Made by a program: the position numbers and the translations under genes
Notes under the pieces: model-generated
Database searches by the model: none
Seen by the model: the letters and a program-made list of their open reading frames with translations, nothing else
Told to the model about the DNA's origin: nothing
Shown here: in pieces, positions 39,220 through 48,919 of the stretch
Layout of the letters: the number at the start of each line of letters is the position of its first letter
How positions within the stretch are numbered: position 1 is the stretch's first letter
From: an uncultured Kofleriaceae bacterium
GTDB taxonomy: Bacteria; Myxococcota_A; Polyangia; HGW-17
Assembly (NCBI GenBank): GCA_964516435.1
Contig: CAZEZP010000078.1
Span: 118,707-182,706, forward strand
Length of the DNA: 64,000 bases
Direction of reading: 5' to 3'

Positions 39220-40347
39220 ATGCTCAAGAAAATCGCAATCAGAGTGGCCGTGGCCTTCGGGTATTCGCTGCTGGGAGGGCTGGCGTTCTACCTGGCCTTC
39301 GACGGATTCATGGACTGGAACCTCGTGCGCCAGCGCGTGGCGTACGAACTGGAGCGCTCCACGGGCTACGACGTGAAGCTCTCCTCCGTGTCTCTGTCGG
39401 GATTTTCGGGCATGACGCTCGAAGGACTGGTCCTGGAAGAGAGGAATCCCAAGGATCCCGAAAAGCCCACCCGCATCAAGGTGGCGCAACTGGATCTGAA
39501 GATGGGAATCTGGGGCATGCTGCGCGGCCGGCGCGAGGTGGATTTCGACGCCGAGGCTCTGGGCGGCCAGATTCGCGGGCGTTTCGTGGAATCCAGAAAG
39601 TCGCGCCACGTGGACCTGGACATCGACGGCATCAGGGTGGACCAGATTCCAGGGATGGCCTCCGCCATCACGCTGCCGCTCACCGGCCGCCTGGACGTGA
39701 AGGGCTACCTGGACATGCCTCCCGACGGTCTCAAGTCCGCCGACGGAAAGATCCATCTCTCCTGCCGCAAGTGCGTCATGGGCGACGGCAAGGCCAAGGT
39801 CAAGGCATCCTTCGTGGCCACCCCCAACAATCCGGGTTCCGCCGCGTGGGCCAAGGAAGGCTTCACGCTGCCGCCGCTGTCGCTGGGCAAGTTCGCGGGC
39901 GAGGTGGAAATAAAAAAAGGCAAGGCCACGTTCCGCGACATCTCGGCATCGAGCCCCGACGGCGAGGCGGAACTGAGCGGCTTCATCACGTTCCGCACGC
40001 CGGTGAAGATTTCCTCCACGAACCTGTACTTCCGCTTCAAGTTCTCCGACGAGGTGAAGAAGCGCCATCCCAACCTCGAGGGCATCGAGATGTCGCTTTC
40101 GGCCCGCGGCAAGCGCGCCGACGGCTATTTCGGCATTTCCATGACGGGCCAACTCGGTTCCATGCGCTTCATGCCGGCCAAGACGGGCGTCAAGGATTTC
40201 GCGCGGCCCGAGGGCGAGCCCGGAATCGAACTCAAGCCCGGCGGCACGCGTTTCGAGAAGCCCGACAAGTCTGCGCCCGACAAGCCCCCGCGCACCCGGC
40301 GCGAGCGCCCTTCCACTCCGCTTCCGGAAGGCGAGAAATGGGAATGA
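39220..40347 (+). CDS. gspN: type II secretion system protein N
   Basis: N-terminal TM helix and a GspN-like periplasmic domain. Last gene of the gsp operon; C-terminal Pro/Arg-rich tail. Confidence 0.6.
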   Translation: MLKKIAIRVAVAFGYSLLGGLAFYLAFDGFMDWNLVRQRVAYELERSTGYDVKLSSVSLSGFSGMTLEGLVLEERNPKDPEKPTRIKVAQLDLKMGIWGMLRGRREVDFDAEALGGQIRGRFVESRKSRHVDLDIDGIRVDQIPGMASAITLPLTGRLDVKGYLDMPPDGLKSADGKIHLSCRKCVMGDGKAKVKASFVATPNNPGSAAWAKEGFTLPPLSLGKFAGEVEIKKGKATFRDISASSPDGEAELSGFITFRTPVKISSTNLYFRFKFSDEVKKRHPNLEGIEMSLSARGKRADGYFGISMTGQLGSMRFMPAKTGVKDFARPEGEPGIELKPGGTRFEKPDKSAPDKPPRTRRERPSTPLPEGEKWE

Positions 40348-40394
40348 TACAGGTGGATACCGAAATATTGTTTTATTGAAAAAGGATATTAAAA

Positions 40395-41552
40395 ATGTTT
40401 CCTTTTATTTATTACAATCCAGTTCGCATATTGTTTGGTCAAAATGCATTGGAAAAACTGGATGGGAAATGGCTGGGCGAAGGACCGGTCCTGGTGCTTT
40501 CCGCCGGCCGCTCGTTTGCGGAAAGCGGCGCGCGCGCGGCGGTGCTCGCAAAACTGGCCGGCCGGGATTTCGTGGAATTTCCGGGCATCCGGCCCAACCC
40601 GCACCTGGACCAGTTGCTCGATGCCGTGGCCCTCGTGCGCGAAAAGCGCGTCGGGTTCATCCTGGCGTGCGGCGGCGGCTCCGTCATCGACGCGGCCAAG
40701 TTCATCGCGGCCGCGGCCGTGCACGAGGGTTCGGATCCATGGGATCTGGTCATCGGCAAGGCCAAGATCCGCAATGCCCTGCCGCTGGGCGCCGTGCTCA
40801 CGCTGCCGGGCACGGGCTCCGAGCACAACGATGGCGCCGTGATTTCCCGCAGTTCCCCCACGGACAAGCAGGCTTTCCGCAATGAAAGGCTCTATCCGCG
40901 CTTCGCCGTGCTGGATCCCGCCTTCACGCTGAGCCTGCCCTGGCGGCAAACGGCCAACGGCATCGCGGACGCCTTCGTGCACGTGATGGAGCAGTACGCC
41001 ACGCGCCCGGATTTCGCGCCGCTGCAGAACCGTCTGGCCGAATCCATCCTGGCCACGCTGGTGGAGACGGCGCCGCTCGTGCGCGCCCGGCCGCAGGATC
41101 TGGCGGTGCGCGGGGAAATCATGTGGTGCGCAAGCCTGGCGCTCAACCGGCTCATCGGCTGCGGCGTGGCGCAGGATTGGACGACACACCTGATCGGCCA
41201 CGCGGTCACGGCCGTCACCGGCATGGATCACGCCCGCACACTCACGGCGATTCTGCCGCAACTGCTGCGCGACCGCCTGGAATCCAAGCGTGCACGCCTG
41301 GCGCAGATGGGCCGGCGCGTCTTTTCCATCGCCGAGGCCGACGACACCCGCGCCGCCTTGGCCTGCATCGAAGCCATCGAATCCTTCTTCCTTTCGCTGG
41401 ACATGCCGGTGCGCCTGCCTGCCGACGAATGCCCGCCCTCGTCTCTACCCGCCATTCTTGAGATCTGCTCGCGCTACCGCTTCGGCCTGGGCGAAAACCG
41501 CGACCTCTTCCTCCCCGACCTCTCCCGCATCCTCACCTCCAGCCTGCAGTAA
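40395..41552 (+). CDS. iron-containing alcohol dehydrogenase (YqhD/BdhA-like)
   Basis: Fe-ADH motifs GGGSVIDAAK, TLPGTGSE, and the His-rich metal site HLIGHAVTAVTGMDHA. Confidence 0.88.
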   Translation: MFPFIYYNPVRILFGQNALEKLDGKWLGEGPVLVLSAGRSFAESGARAAVLAKLAGRDFVEFPGIRPNPHLDQLLDAVALVREKRVGFILACGGGSVIDAAKFIAAAAVHEGSDPWDLVIGKAKIRNALPLGAVLTLPGTGSEHNDGAVISRSSPTDKQAFRNERLYPRFAVLDPAFTLSLPWRQTANGIADAFVHVMEQYATRPDFAPLQNRLAESILATLVETAPLVRARPQDLAVRGEIMWCASLALNRLIGCGVAQDWTTHLIGHAVTAVTGMDHARTLTAILPQLLRDRLESKRARLAQMGRRVFSIAEADDTRAALACIEAIESFFLSLDMPVRLPADECPPSSLPAILEICSRYRFGLGENRDLFLPDLSRILTSSLQ

Positions 41553-41646
41553 GGTCCAATACAGCCTGCAGTAAGACATAACTTGGCCCGGCCGGTGACG
41601 TTGCCCAACGGGTCCCCCAAATCCTCGCCTACAGTCTGCAGTAGGA
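41541..41646. repeat. three phased copies of CAGyCTGCAGTAgG (23-nt phase: offsets 0, 23, 92)
   Basis: Copies at 41541-41554 (overlapping the ADH stop), 41564-41577 and 41633-41646. Each contains the CTGCAG palindrome. Confidence 0.3.
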
Positions 41647-41738
41647 ATCGGAACCTTTGAAAAATTCTGCAATTTGTTGATTTTCCAATAAAAAAAGTTC
41701 TTGACAAAACATTTGGTTCTCTGTACAAAGGAAATGCC

Positions 41739-41831
41739 ATGACTTCATGGTCTGATTGTTTCCAGGTTCTACAAGAGGCCCTGCAGTATAAAGAATTGCC
41801 ACTTTTTCCATGGCATGAACCTAAGCAGTGA
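41739..41831 (+). CDS. candidate 30-aa small ORF in the AT-rich intergenic region
   Basis: AAAGGAAA Shine-Dalgarno 4-6 nt before the ATG. Peptide MTSWSDCFQVLQEALQYKELPLFPWHEPKQ. No homology recognised, so this is speculative. Confidence 0.2.
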   Translation: MTSWSDCFQVLQEALQYKELPLFPWHEPKQ

Positions 41832-42118
41832 AAATAGAGACACAAACAAAACAAAACAACATTACACAATTTTTTTCATTTTTTTTGCTCCTTGTTATTG
41901 TTTGAAAATTTCAAAAAAAACCGAACAAATCAACGATAGATAAAATCAAAACTTTGTAAATTAAAATTAATAAAAATGTATAGGTTTGTCAAGCCGGTTT
42001 TTTCATTAAAAATTTTTCAGCGTGAGAAACACGAATACCGGAACTTCTGTCAGATGCAGGAAAAACTTCCGTCTTTCAGCGAAGAAGACCATTTTGCGGT
42101 CTTCAGAAAGGATTGCTC

Positions 42119-43231
42119 ATGAAAACGATGAACGAACAGGAAATGCGCCGGCAATTTGAGGCCGAATACCAGAAAACCCGCCAGAAGAACTTCAAGCGTC
42201 CCAACATTCTGGTGATCGGCTATACGGGAGCCGGAAAAACATCCCTGATCCAGACGATCCTGGGCAATGACCTGGTGCCGGAAAGCAAGATCGGCAGCGG
42301 AAAGCCCGTCACCCAGGGATACGAATACTTCGAAAACGAACTGATTCGCCTCTGGGATTCCAAGGGCTTCGAACTCGGCCACACGGAAGCGGAGTTCATG
42401 GAGAACACGCGCCGCTTCCTGCGGGAGCGCCAGAACGATCCGGACGTGGACAATCACATCCACCTGATCTGGTATCTCATCCAGGGGCCTTCCGCCCGCG
42501 TCACGGATTGCGACCGCAGTCTGATCCAGAACATTCTCCCGAAAAACCGCACGCTCGTGGCGATCAGCAAGGTCGACATCACGCGTCCCCAGCAGGAAGC
42601 CGCCATCCGTGAAATCGTCGAATCCTGCGGAATTCCGGCCAGCCAGATCTTTGCGGTATCCGATGCGCAGGCGAGATCCATCGGCGTCAGGGAGTTGGTG
42701 GCGCGCTCGTATGAGATGCTTCCGGACGCCTACCGGGCCGCTTTCGTGGATGCGCAGATCGTGGACCGCGAGATGAAGATTGCCGAAATCCGAAGCCGCA
42801 AGGGCAAGGCTTCGGCCATAATCTCTACCGCCACGGCGGCCGCAGCGGCCATTGGCGCCACTCCCATCCCCGTTTCCGATGCACCGATCCTGATGGGCGT
42901 GCAGGTGAGTCTGATCGGTTCCCTGGCGGCCCTGTACGATTTGCCGAAAGAAGGACTGAAACAACTCGCCTATCCCCTGCTTCTTCGTATGGTCGGCATA
43001 TACACGGCTTCCAGTCTGCTGAAACTCTTTCCTTTTCTGGGTTCTGCGATCAACGCGGCCGTCGCGGGCACGCTCACCGGTGCCCTGGGCTGGTACGTCG
43101 CCAATAAGTTCGAGAAAGCCGCCATCGCCCGCATCGAATCGAACTCACAGTATTATATCGACAACATCGATTTCGATATCGATGAATTCATGAACTTCAA
43201 GAATCAATACGAAAAGGAGCAGGGCAGATGA
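42119..43231 (+). CDS. GTPase-domain protein with C-terminal membrane/DUF697-like region
   Basis: G1 GYTGAGKTS, G3 DSKG, G4 SKVD. The C-terminal hydrophobic Gly/Ala-rich segment resembles YcjF/DUF697. AAAGGA Shine-Dalgarno. Confidence 0.7.
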   Translation: MKTMNEQEMRRQFEAEYQKTRQKNFKRPNILVIGYTGAGKTSLIQTILGNDLVPESKIGSGKPVTQGYEYFENELIRLWDSKGFELGHTEAEFMENTRRFLRERQNDPDVDNHIHLIWYLIQGPSARVTDCDRSLIQNILPKNRTLVAISKVDITRPQQEAAIREIVESCGIPASQIFAVSDAQARSIGVRELVARSYEMLPDAYRAAFVDAQIVDREMKIAEIRSRKGKASAIISTATAAAAAIGATPIPVSDAPILMGVQVSLIGSLAALYDLPKEGLKQLAYPLLLRMVGIYTASSLLKLFPFLGSAINAAVAGTLTGALGWYVANKFEKAAIARIESNSQYYIDNIDFDIDEFMNFKNQYEKEQGR

Positions 43232-44250
43232 AACCCAACATTCTCGTATGTGGAAAGACGGGGTCCGGAAAAACCTCGCTCATACAGGCGATCACCGATG
43301 ACGGGACCGTTCCGGAAAGCGCCATCGGCCATGGTGCGCCCGCCACGCGGGGATTCCAGGTGTATTCGACCCCGGCTGCCAATTTCATCGATACGGAGGG
43401 CTTTGTGCCCGGGCAGTCCCTGGAAGAAATGGTCGAATTCATCCGTGCGGAAATGCGGCGCCGGCTGGCAAGCGACTCGCCCGAATTTCTGGTGCATTGC
43501 ATCTGGTTCTGTGTGGACGGCAGCGGCGCCCGCATCACGGATGCGGAAATGCAGGTGATTCGGCATTTTTCGTCGCGATGCCTCCTGGTCCTCACCAAGA
43601 TGGACCTGCTCGAGGGGAGTGACCGCGGCAGGAAACAACGGGAAGAACTGCATGCCGCGGCGCAATCCTGCCTGGATGCCTCCCGCATCGTGATCGTATC
43701 GGCGAAGGACAGGACGGGATTGAAAACGCTCGTTGAGCAATCGGAAAATCTGGCCCGGGAAACCATGCTGGGCGCGCAGGAGGAATTGCGCCGTTTCTGG
43801 CAGACCTGGGAAGGATATTTCCGGGAACGCCGCCAGCAGTGGCTGGCGCGTGCCGCACAACGGGCCGATGAAGCCATCAGATGGGCAGCCGGCCGGGCGG
43901 CGGCCATTGCCATCGTTCCCATTCCGCTGGCCGACGTGGGACCGCTGGTGCTCAATGAAATCTACATGATCCACCGGATTGGAAATGCATATGGCATCAG
44001 TGTCACGCAGTCCATGGTGGCCATGTTGCTGGGCGCCAGTGCGGCCAGCACTCTGGGAAAAATCCTGGCCAGTTTCCTGCCGGGCTTCAAGATCCCCATC
44101 GCCGCCGCCATCACCTACGGTCTGGGCAAGGGCGTCAAGGCGTATTTCGAATCCGGCATGGAACTCAGTCCGGAAGAACTGAAGATACTCGTCCAGGAAG
44201 AAACGGAAAAAGCCAGGAAAAATGATTTTCAACCCATTCGGGAAGAATGA
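43228..44250 (+). CDS. GTPase-domain protein, paralogue of the upstream gene
   Basis: G1 GKTGSGKTS, G3 DTEG, G4 TKMD, and a similar C-terminal DUF697-like region. ATGA overlap with the upstream paralogue. Confidence 0.7.
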   Translation: MKPNILVCGKTGSGKTSLIQAITDDGTVPESAIGHGAPATRGFQVYSTPAANFIDTEGFVPGQSLEEMVEFIRAEMRRRLASDSPEFLVHCIWFCVDGSGARITDAEMQVIRHFSSRCLLVLTKMDLLEGSDRGRKQREELHAAAQSCLDASRIVIVSAKDRTGLKTLVEQSENLARETMLGAQEELRRFWQTWEGYFRERRQQWLARAAQRADEAIRWAAGRAAAIAIVPIPLADVGPLVLNEIYMIHRIGNAYGISVTQSMVAMLLGASAASTLGKILASFLPGFKIPIAAAITYGLGKGVKAYFESGMELSPEELKILVQEETEKARKNDFQPIREE

Positions 44251-44346
44251 AATTTTGCTGTAGAGTTCCTGCTTTTTAATAATCTTCCAAAAAAATGGTT
44301 GTCTGATTTGAAAAGTTGTGAAAATACTCAGTCAAAGGGGTTTGTC

Positions 44347-46803
44347 ATGACACAATCAAAAAACATGGAAATCCTCCTTTTGTATAACAAAATTATCAAG
44401 CGGCTGGTTCGTTCTGGTCGCAACAAATATCCACACCCCTATTTAAAAAATTTGATTAAAGAAATAAAAATTTATGGATTGAATCTTGATCCACTTGTGG
44501 TGTGGATTCCTGATTCAGATTGTATTTTTAGATTGAAATTTCTCGTTATTTTTATTGGAAAATTATTTGATCTTTATAGAAAAAGCATAGAGTTGGATGC
44601 CTATGAAAAATTTGTAAGGTATATTGATTTTTTTGAAAATTTAAAAAAAGATTGTTTTTATCCATTAAAAAATATTCTGGATAAAGAAATAGAAGAGAGA
44701 AAAATAACCTTCAAAGAGTCTTTAGAAAAGAAAAAGAAACGTGAGAGAAAGAGTCAGATTCAAAACGGTCCAAAAGACAAAAATCCATTCAAAAGCAACC
44801 AAGCATTGCAGTCAGGTGAAAACCCAGAATCGAAACAACCGCGGAAATTGTTCTTGAAACCGCGGCCCATCAATGTGGGATTCCGGGAAAAACTCAATAA
44901 AATCATATCGATATACGTTGATGAATCCTGGCCGCATGAGGAAATTGCCGGAATTCTGGCTGGCATCGTATGGCTCGGAGAAAAACCGGATCCCCAGGTT
45001 CTGCCGATTCCTCCGCAGCATACTCGCGGAACTGACAATATGCGGCATTATCTCGAAAGACTCGATGCCTGCGACCGGGCCATTCCGTTTTTCGTGGAAT
45101 TCGAGCCGCCTCCGGAAATATCGCGCGGATTGGCCTATGAACAGATGGTGCATGAGACGCTTCTGGTGGTTTTGGGATGGCTGCTGCCGGAAAAACTGGA
45201 ACTGAAGGCTGGGGAAACCGTAGGGGTGAACGTCGTTTGCGAGGCGATTGCCGGATACGAGCATGGAACCGATCATACGCGGGAATTTCAGGGAATTCTG
45301 ACCCAGGCGGCCCGGCGCAACCCTTCCCTGTTCCAGAGGTGGCGGATCCAGAAATTCCAGTGGGTGCAAAAAATTGGAGGACTGCCAAATAAATTTTCGG
45401 ATTCCCAGATCGAGGAACAGGGATACCTGGCGTACGGGGATTTGCTGGCATACCTGGCGTTCCGCAACACCAATGACAATGCCGCCGCCGTGGCCAGACG
45501 AATTGGCTTCGACAGTTTTCCCAACCGGATGCGCATTTCCCCCGGGTTGCTCTCGACGCTGGAGTTTCTGCAGTCCCATCAGACTTTCCGTCCGGACGTG
45601 TTTCTGGATCAGATGGCGCCCAACCAGCATCTGCCCTTCCTGCAGGCGTTTTTCGACAATGTGCGGCAAGCGCTTGCACAGGACAAAAAAGCACGGCTTT
45701 CCCTGCTGGAGGAACTGGACCGGCGCTATCAGGAGAAAGTGCGCGATCTGCACGCGTTGTCCCGACAGTTTTCCCTCGTGCAGCGGGTGGTAGGCGAACT
45801 CTCCGAAGATGCGCCGCGACGTCTTCGCCTGCTGGACCTGGGAATCCGGCTGCAGCATGCCAACCATTTCGGAGATCCGGAAAAACTGGGAAACCTGGAG
45901 GCCAACTACGCGCAACTGCGTGAGATCGCCCTGGAAAACGGCGATGCCGACCTGGTGGCGCACGTGGATCTGAATCTGGCCGTCCGGGCCGCGGACCGTT
46001 TCGAGCCCGAGGAAGCCCTGTCGATCGTGGAGGAACTGCTCGAAGAGGAGCACCGCCTTTCCCTTCTTTTCAGGGGCCGGGCCCATTCGGCACGCGGCCA
46101 GTACCTTTCGATGATGGAAGACCATGAGGAAGCCCGCCGCGAGTTCGAACGGGCGATTTCGCTCTTCGAGCGGGCCGACCTGAGCCCCGGGGAGCGTCTC
46201 GGGGAACTCGATCAGACGGGCATTTACCGCGCGTTCGCGGCCATCGATGCCGAGGATCCGGATGCGGAAACGCTGGTCGCCGCCCTGATGCGACCTGGAG
46301 AACCGAACCTGTCGCTGGAGAACCAGTTTCGCCATCACCTGTATGTGCGCTGGCTGGATTCGCTCGACGAGTACGCGGAAAAACGCCGGGCATACATGGA
46401 AAACGTCACACGCGAAATCCTGCCGGATACGCACCCGTGGCAGTTGATCGCCATGTATCGCGGTCTTTTCGCCCTGGAGCAGGAAAAGGACGAAGATGCC
46501 ATTTTCTGGCTGCGCCAGGCCATCGACATCGCCAGCCAGGGAGCGGGAGGCAGCCATGGCGCCACCTTGCGCATGATGGCCGCCGTCATTGCCACGCTGG
46601 CCTGGGTGACCACGGAAGAAGAAGAATTCCACAGGCGTGCCCTGGTGCTTCTCGACGGTGAAGCGCCGAATCCCGTCCGGCTCGAGGACGTGCTTCCTGT
46701 TGTGCGTGAAAAAACCGGATTTCTGCGGGAGGTGCTCGAGCGATATCCGCCTGCCGATTCGCTGGACGATGTCCTTTCGGTATTGACATTCAACTACAGG
46801 TAG
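44347..46803 (+). CDS. large hypothetical protein with TPR-like helical C-terminal half
   Basis: AAAGGGG Shine-Dalgarno before MTQSKN; the ORF is open from 44299. The N-terminal 180 aa are K-rich and AT-rich, the rest GC-rich and helical-repeat-like. Confidence 0.5.
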   Translation: MTQSKNMEILLLYNKIIKRLVRSGRNKYPHPYLKNLIKEIKIYGLNLDPLVVWIPDSDCIFRLKFLVIFIGKLFDLYRKSIELDAYEKFVRYIDFFENLKKDCFYPLKNILDKEIEERKITFKESLEKKKKRERKSQIQNGPKDKNPFKSNQALQSGENPESKQPRKLFLKPRPINVGFREKLNKIISIYVDESWPHEEIAGILAGIVWLGEKPDPQVLPIPPQHTRGTDNMRHYLERLDACDRAIPFFVEFEPPPEISRGLAYEQMVHETLLVVLGWLLPEKLELKAGETVGVNVVCEAIAGYEHGTDHTREFQGILTQAARRNPSLFQRWRIQKFQWVQKIGGLPNKFSDSQIEEQGYLAYGDLLAYLAFRNTNDNAAAVARRIGFDSFPNRMRISPGLLSTLEFLQSHQTFRPDVFLDQMAPNQHLPFLQAFFDNVRQALAQDKKARLSLLEELDRRYQEKVRDLHALSRQFSLVQRVVGELSEDAPRRLRLLDLGIRLQHANHFGDPEKLGNLEANYAQLREIALENGDADLVAHVDLNLAVRAADRFEPEEALSIVEELLEEEHRLSLLFRGRAHSARGQYLSMMEDHEEARREFERAISLFERADLSPGERLGELDQTGIYRAFAAIDAEDPDAETLVAALMRPGEPNLSLENQFRHHLYVRWLDSLDEYAEKRRAYMENVTREILPDTHPWQLIAMYRGLFALEQEKDEDAIFWLRQAIDIASQGAGGSHGATLRMMAAVIATLAWVTTEEEEFHRRALVLLDGEAPNPVRLEDVLPVVREKTGFLREVLERYPPADSLDDVLSVLTFNYR

Positions 46804-47119
46804 TTTTTCAAGATTCAAGAAATTTTTCGAAATGAATGAAATAACCTTTTTTCGATTTCGATTTTTGTTGAAATCCCTGTGACTTCAAAGGCGAACATCG
46901 GTGGAACCCAACTTTCCTTTTGACCATCAGAACCAGAAAGCCCGTAAAAACGTGGATTTCACGGCATCCAGCGTGCTTCTCTGCACATTGGGTACAACAT
47001 GGACGGTTATACCGGAAGTTGCAGGCATGATGTGCAGGGAGATGTTTGGCTGAGTCGTCAGAAAAGCCCGGGCATTCCGTCCGCGAAACGGAAGTTCGGG
47101 AGAATCTTGGAGGCACGAA

Positions 47120-48331
47120 ATGAGCGGACGCAAGGATTACCCGGTGTATTCGAGCCAGTTGGAACAAGTGGTGGGCCGATTGCGCGGTCAGATGCAAAAC
47201 CAGCGGCAGGAACTGAAACGGCAGATGGATGCGAAGATTTCCAGCATGCAGAGCCAGATGCAGGGATATGTGAAACAGCGGGTGAATTTTTTGCATCAAA
47301 ACATCCAGCAGGTGGAAGCGAATTTTCAACGTGATCTGCAAAACATGCAAGGCAGATTGCAATCGTCCATAGATGCTGTACGGCGTCACGTGGATGCTTC
47401 CATTGGAAAGTTGCGCCAAGAACTGCGTCTCGAGCGTGAAAACAGGCAGAAAACTGCAGAAGAATGGATGCGGGTACAGGAGTTTCTGCTCACGGAGCTC
47501 GATCGGCTCCAGGCAGGCCGTTTTCGTCCGGTGGAAGCGCAGAAGCATGTGCAGATGCGGGAGTTGATGCAACAGAACATGGCCAGCGGGAATTTCGAAG
47601 CCGTCATTGGTCAGGTGCAGGCCCTCTACGTCGATTCCTTCGCCCTGCGCGCGGAACTGGAAATCGTCAACCAGCAGGCGGCGCAGATGGAAATGGAAAT
47701 CCGGCAGGGCATGGAGTTTCTTGCGCAGGCGCTCCAGAATCCGGTTTTGCGGCAGGAATACGGCACATCCGAAGGCGGGAAGGAACCGGTGGAAATCGAC
47801 CTGCGCTTCTGGGCCGAGGAAGCCTGGAAGGATTTGGAGTCGAGACAGGTCCAGTTGCAGGATGCCGTGCGGGACATGTCCCGGTTCGATATCGATGCGC
47901 TCCGGCAACTTCGCGAGAGCGTCGAAGCCACCTTGCAACTGCATGCGGAAGCGATGGAAGAAGGCTTGCGTCGCCATTTTCTGCACATAGCTAGCATGGA
48001 TCGGCAGGAAAGCATCGTCGAGGCGCTGGCACGCCAGGGCTTCGAGGTCATCGACAACTTCTTCGAGCAGGATGACGAGCGAAAAGCCAATGTACTGCTG
48101 CTGGAAAACGCCTCGGGAGAAAAGATCCTGGTGCGGGTGGTGCCCACCAGGGATGGAGAGAACATCAAGATCAGTTTCAGTTCGCTCAATCCCGTGACTC
48201 ATGGTTCCCGCATGCGGGCACTCAACCAGGCCATCGGCGTTCAGCCGAGGGAAGAACCCGGCTACGAGACACGGCCGGCGCCGCCCGAGGATTTCGATTT
48301 GGAGCGCTATCGCGTGAAACAGAAGGCATGA
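47120..48331 (+). CDS. Gln-rich coiled-coil protein
   Basis: GGAGG Shine-Dalgarno. Long heptad-repeat N-terminal two-thirds (MQNQRQELKRQMDAK...). No catalytic motifs. Confidence 0.55.
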   Translation: MSGRKDYPVYSSQLEQVVGRLRGQMQNQRQELKRQMDAKISSMQSQMQGYVKQRVNFLHQNIQQVEANFQRDLQNMQGRLQSSIDAVRRHVDASIGKLRQELRLERENRQKTAEEWMRVQEFLLTELDRLQAGRFRPVEAQKHVQMRELMQQNMASGNFEAVIGQVQALYVDSFALRAELEIVNQQAAQMEMEIRQGMEFLAQALQNPVLRQEYGTSEGGKEPVEIDLRFWAEEAWKDLESRQVQLQDAVRDMSRFDIDALRQLRESVEATLQLHAEAMEEGLRRHFLHIASMDRQESIVEALARQGFEVIDNFFEQDDERKANVLLLENASGEKILVRVVPTRDGENIKISFSSLNPVTHGSRMRALNQAIGVQPREEPGYETRPAPPEDFDLERYRVKQKA

Positions 48332-48903
48332 TCATGACTTTTTTGCGTGTGGCCGATTTTTGCCACAAAACCACGGCGTTCGGTCCGCAGCCCGCCTGTG
48401 TGCTGTGGCTGCAGGGCTGCACCCGCACCTGCCCGGGCTGCATCGCTCCGATGTGGCAGGATCCGGCCGGCGGTCAGGAGCATTCCGTGGCAAAGGTGCA
48501 TTCCTGGATCGAGCAGTCTGATATGCCCGTGCTGGTGGTCTCGGGGGGAGAGCCCCTGGATCAATGGCAAGGATTGCATGAACTCATGCGCACAACGTCC
48601 CGGGACGCACGAAGCGCCATTTTATATACGGGATACACCTATACGGAATTATTGCAGCATTCAGGCTTTCAATCGCTCATTCCATTTTTTGATTTGCTCA
48701 TTTGCGGCCCATACATCGAGGAATTGAACGATTCGAAAGGCCTTCGGGGTTCTTCCAACCAGGAGTTGATATTCCGGACGGCGCGCTTCGAGGCATGGCG
48801 GGAATGGTTCGTTTCCGGTGCGCGCACGCTGGAAGTGGAAATCCGCTCCGATTTCGTGCGCATGACGGGGATTCCCCCGGCAGGCATGCACCTGAATTTC
48901 TGA
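48328..48903 (+). CDS. NrdG-family radical-SAM activating enzyme homologue (anaerobic RNR activase-like), orphan
   Basis: CxxxCxxC cluster motif LQGCTRTCPGC, SAM-binding SGGEPL, and NrdG-like C-terminal blocks YTGYTYTELL and LRGSSNQELIF. Compare E. coli NrdG WTGYKLDELN and WRGSSNQVV. Confidence 0.75.
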   Translation: MIMTFLRVADFCHKTTAFGPQPACVLWLQGCTRTCPGCIAPMWQDPAGGQEHSVAKVHSWIEQSDMPVLVVSGGEPLDQWQGLHELMRTTSRDARSAILYTGYTYTELLQHSGFQSLIPFFDLLICGPYIEELNDSKGLRGSSNQELIFRTARFEAWREWFVSGARTLEVEIRSDFVRMTGIPPAGMHLNF

Positions 48904-48919
48904 GAGGCGGTGAGATTCG

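Noticed and set aside
41629-41811. 60-aa minus-strand ORF in the AT-rich intergenic region.
   Set aside because: No Shine-Dalgarno, and it overlaps the better-supported plus-strand 30-aa ORF. Probably a chance frame.
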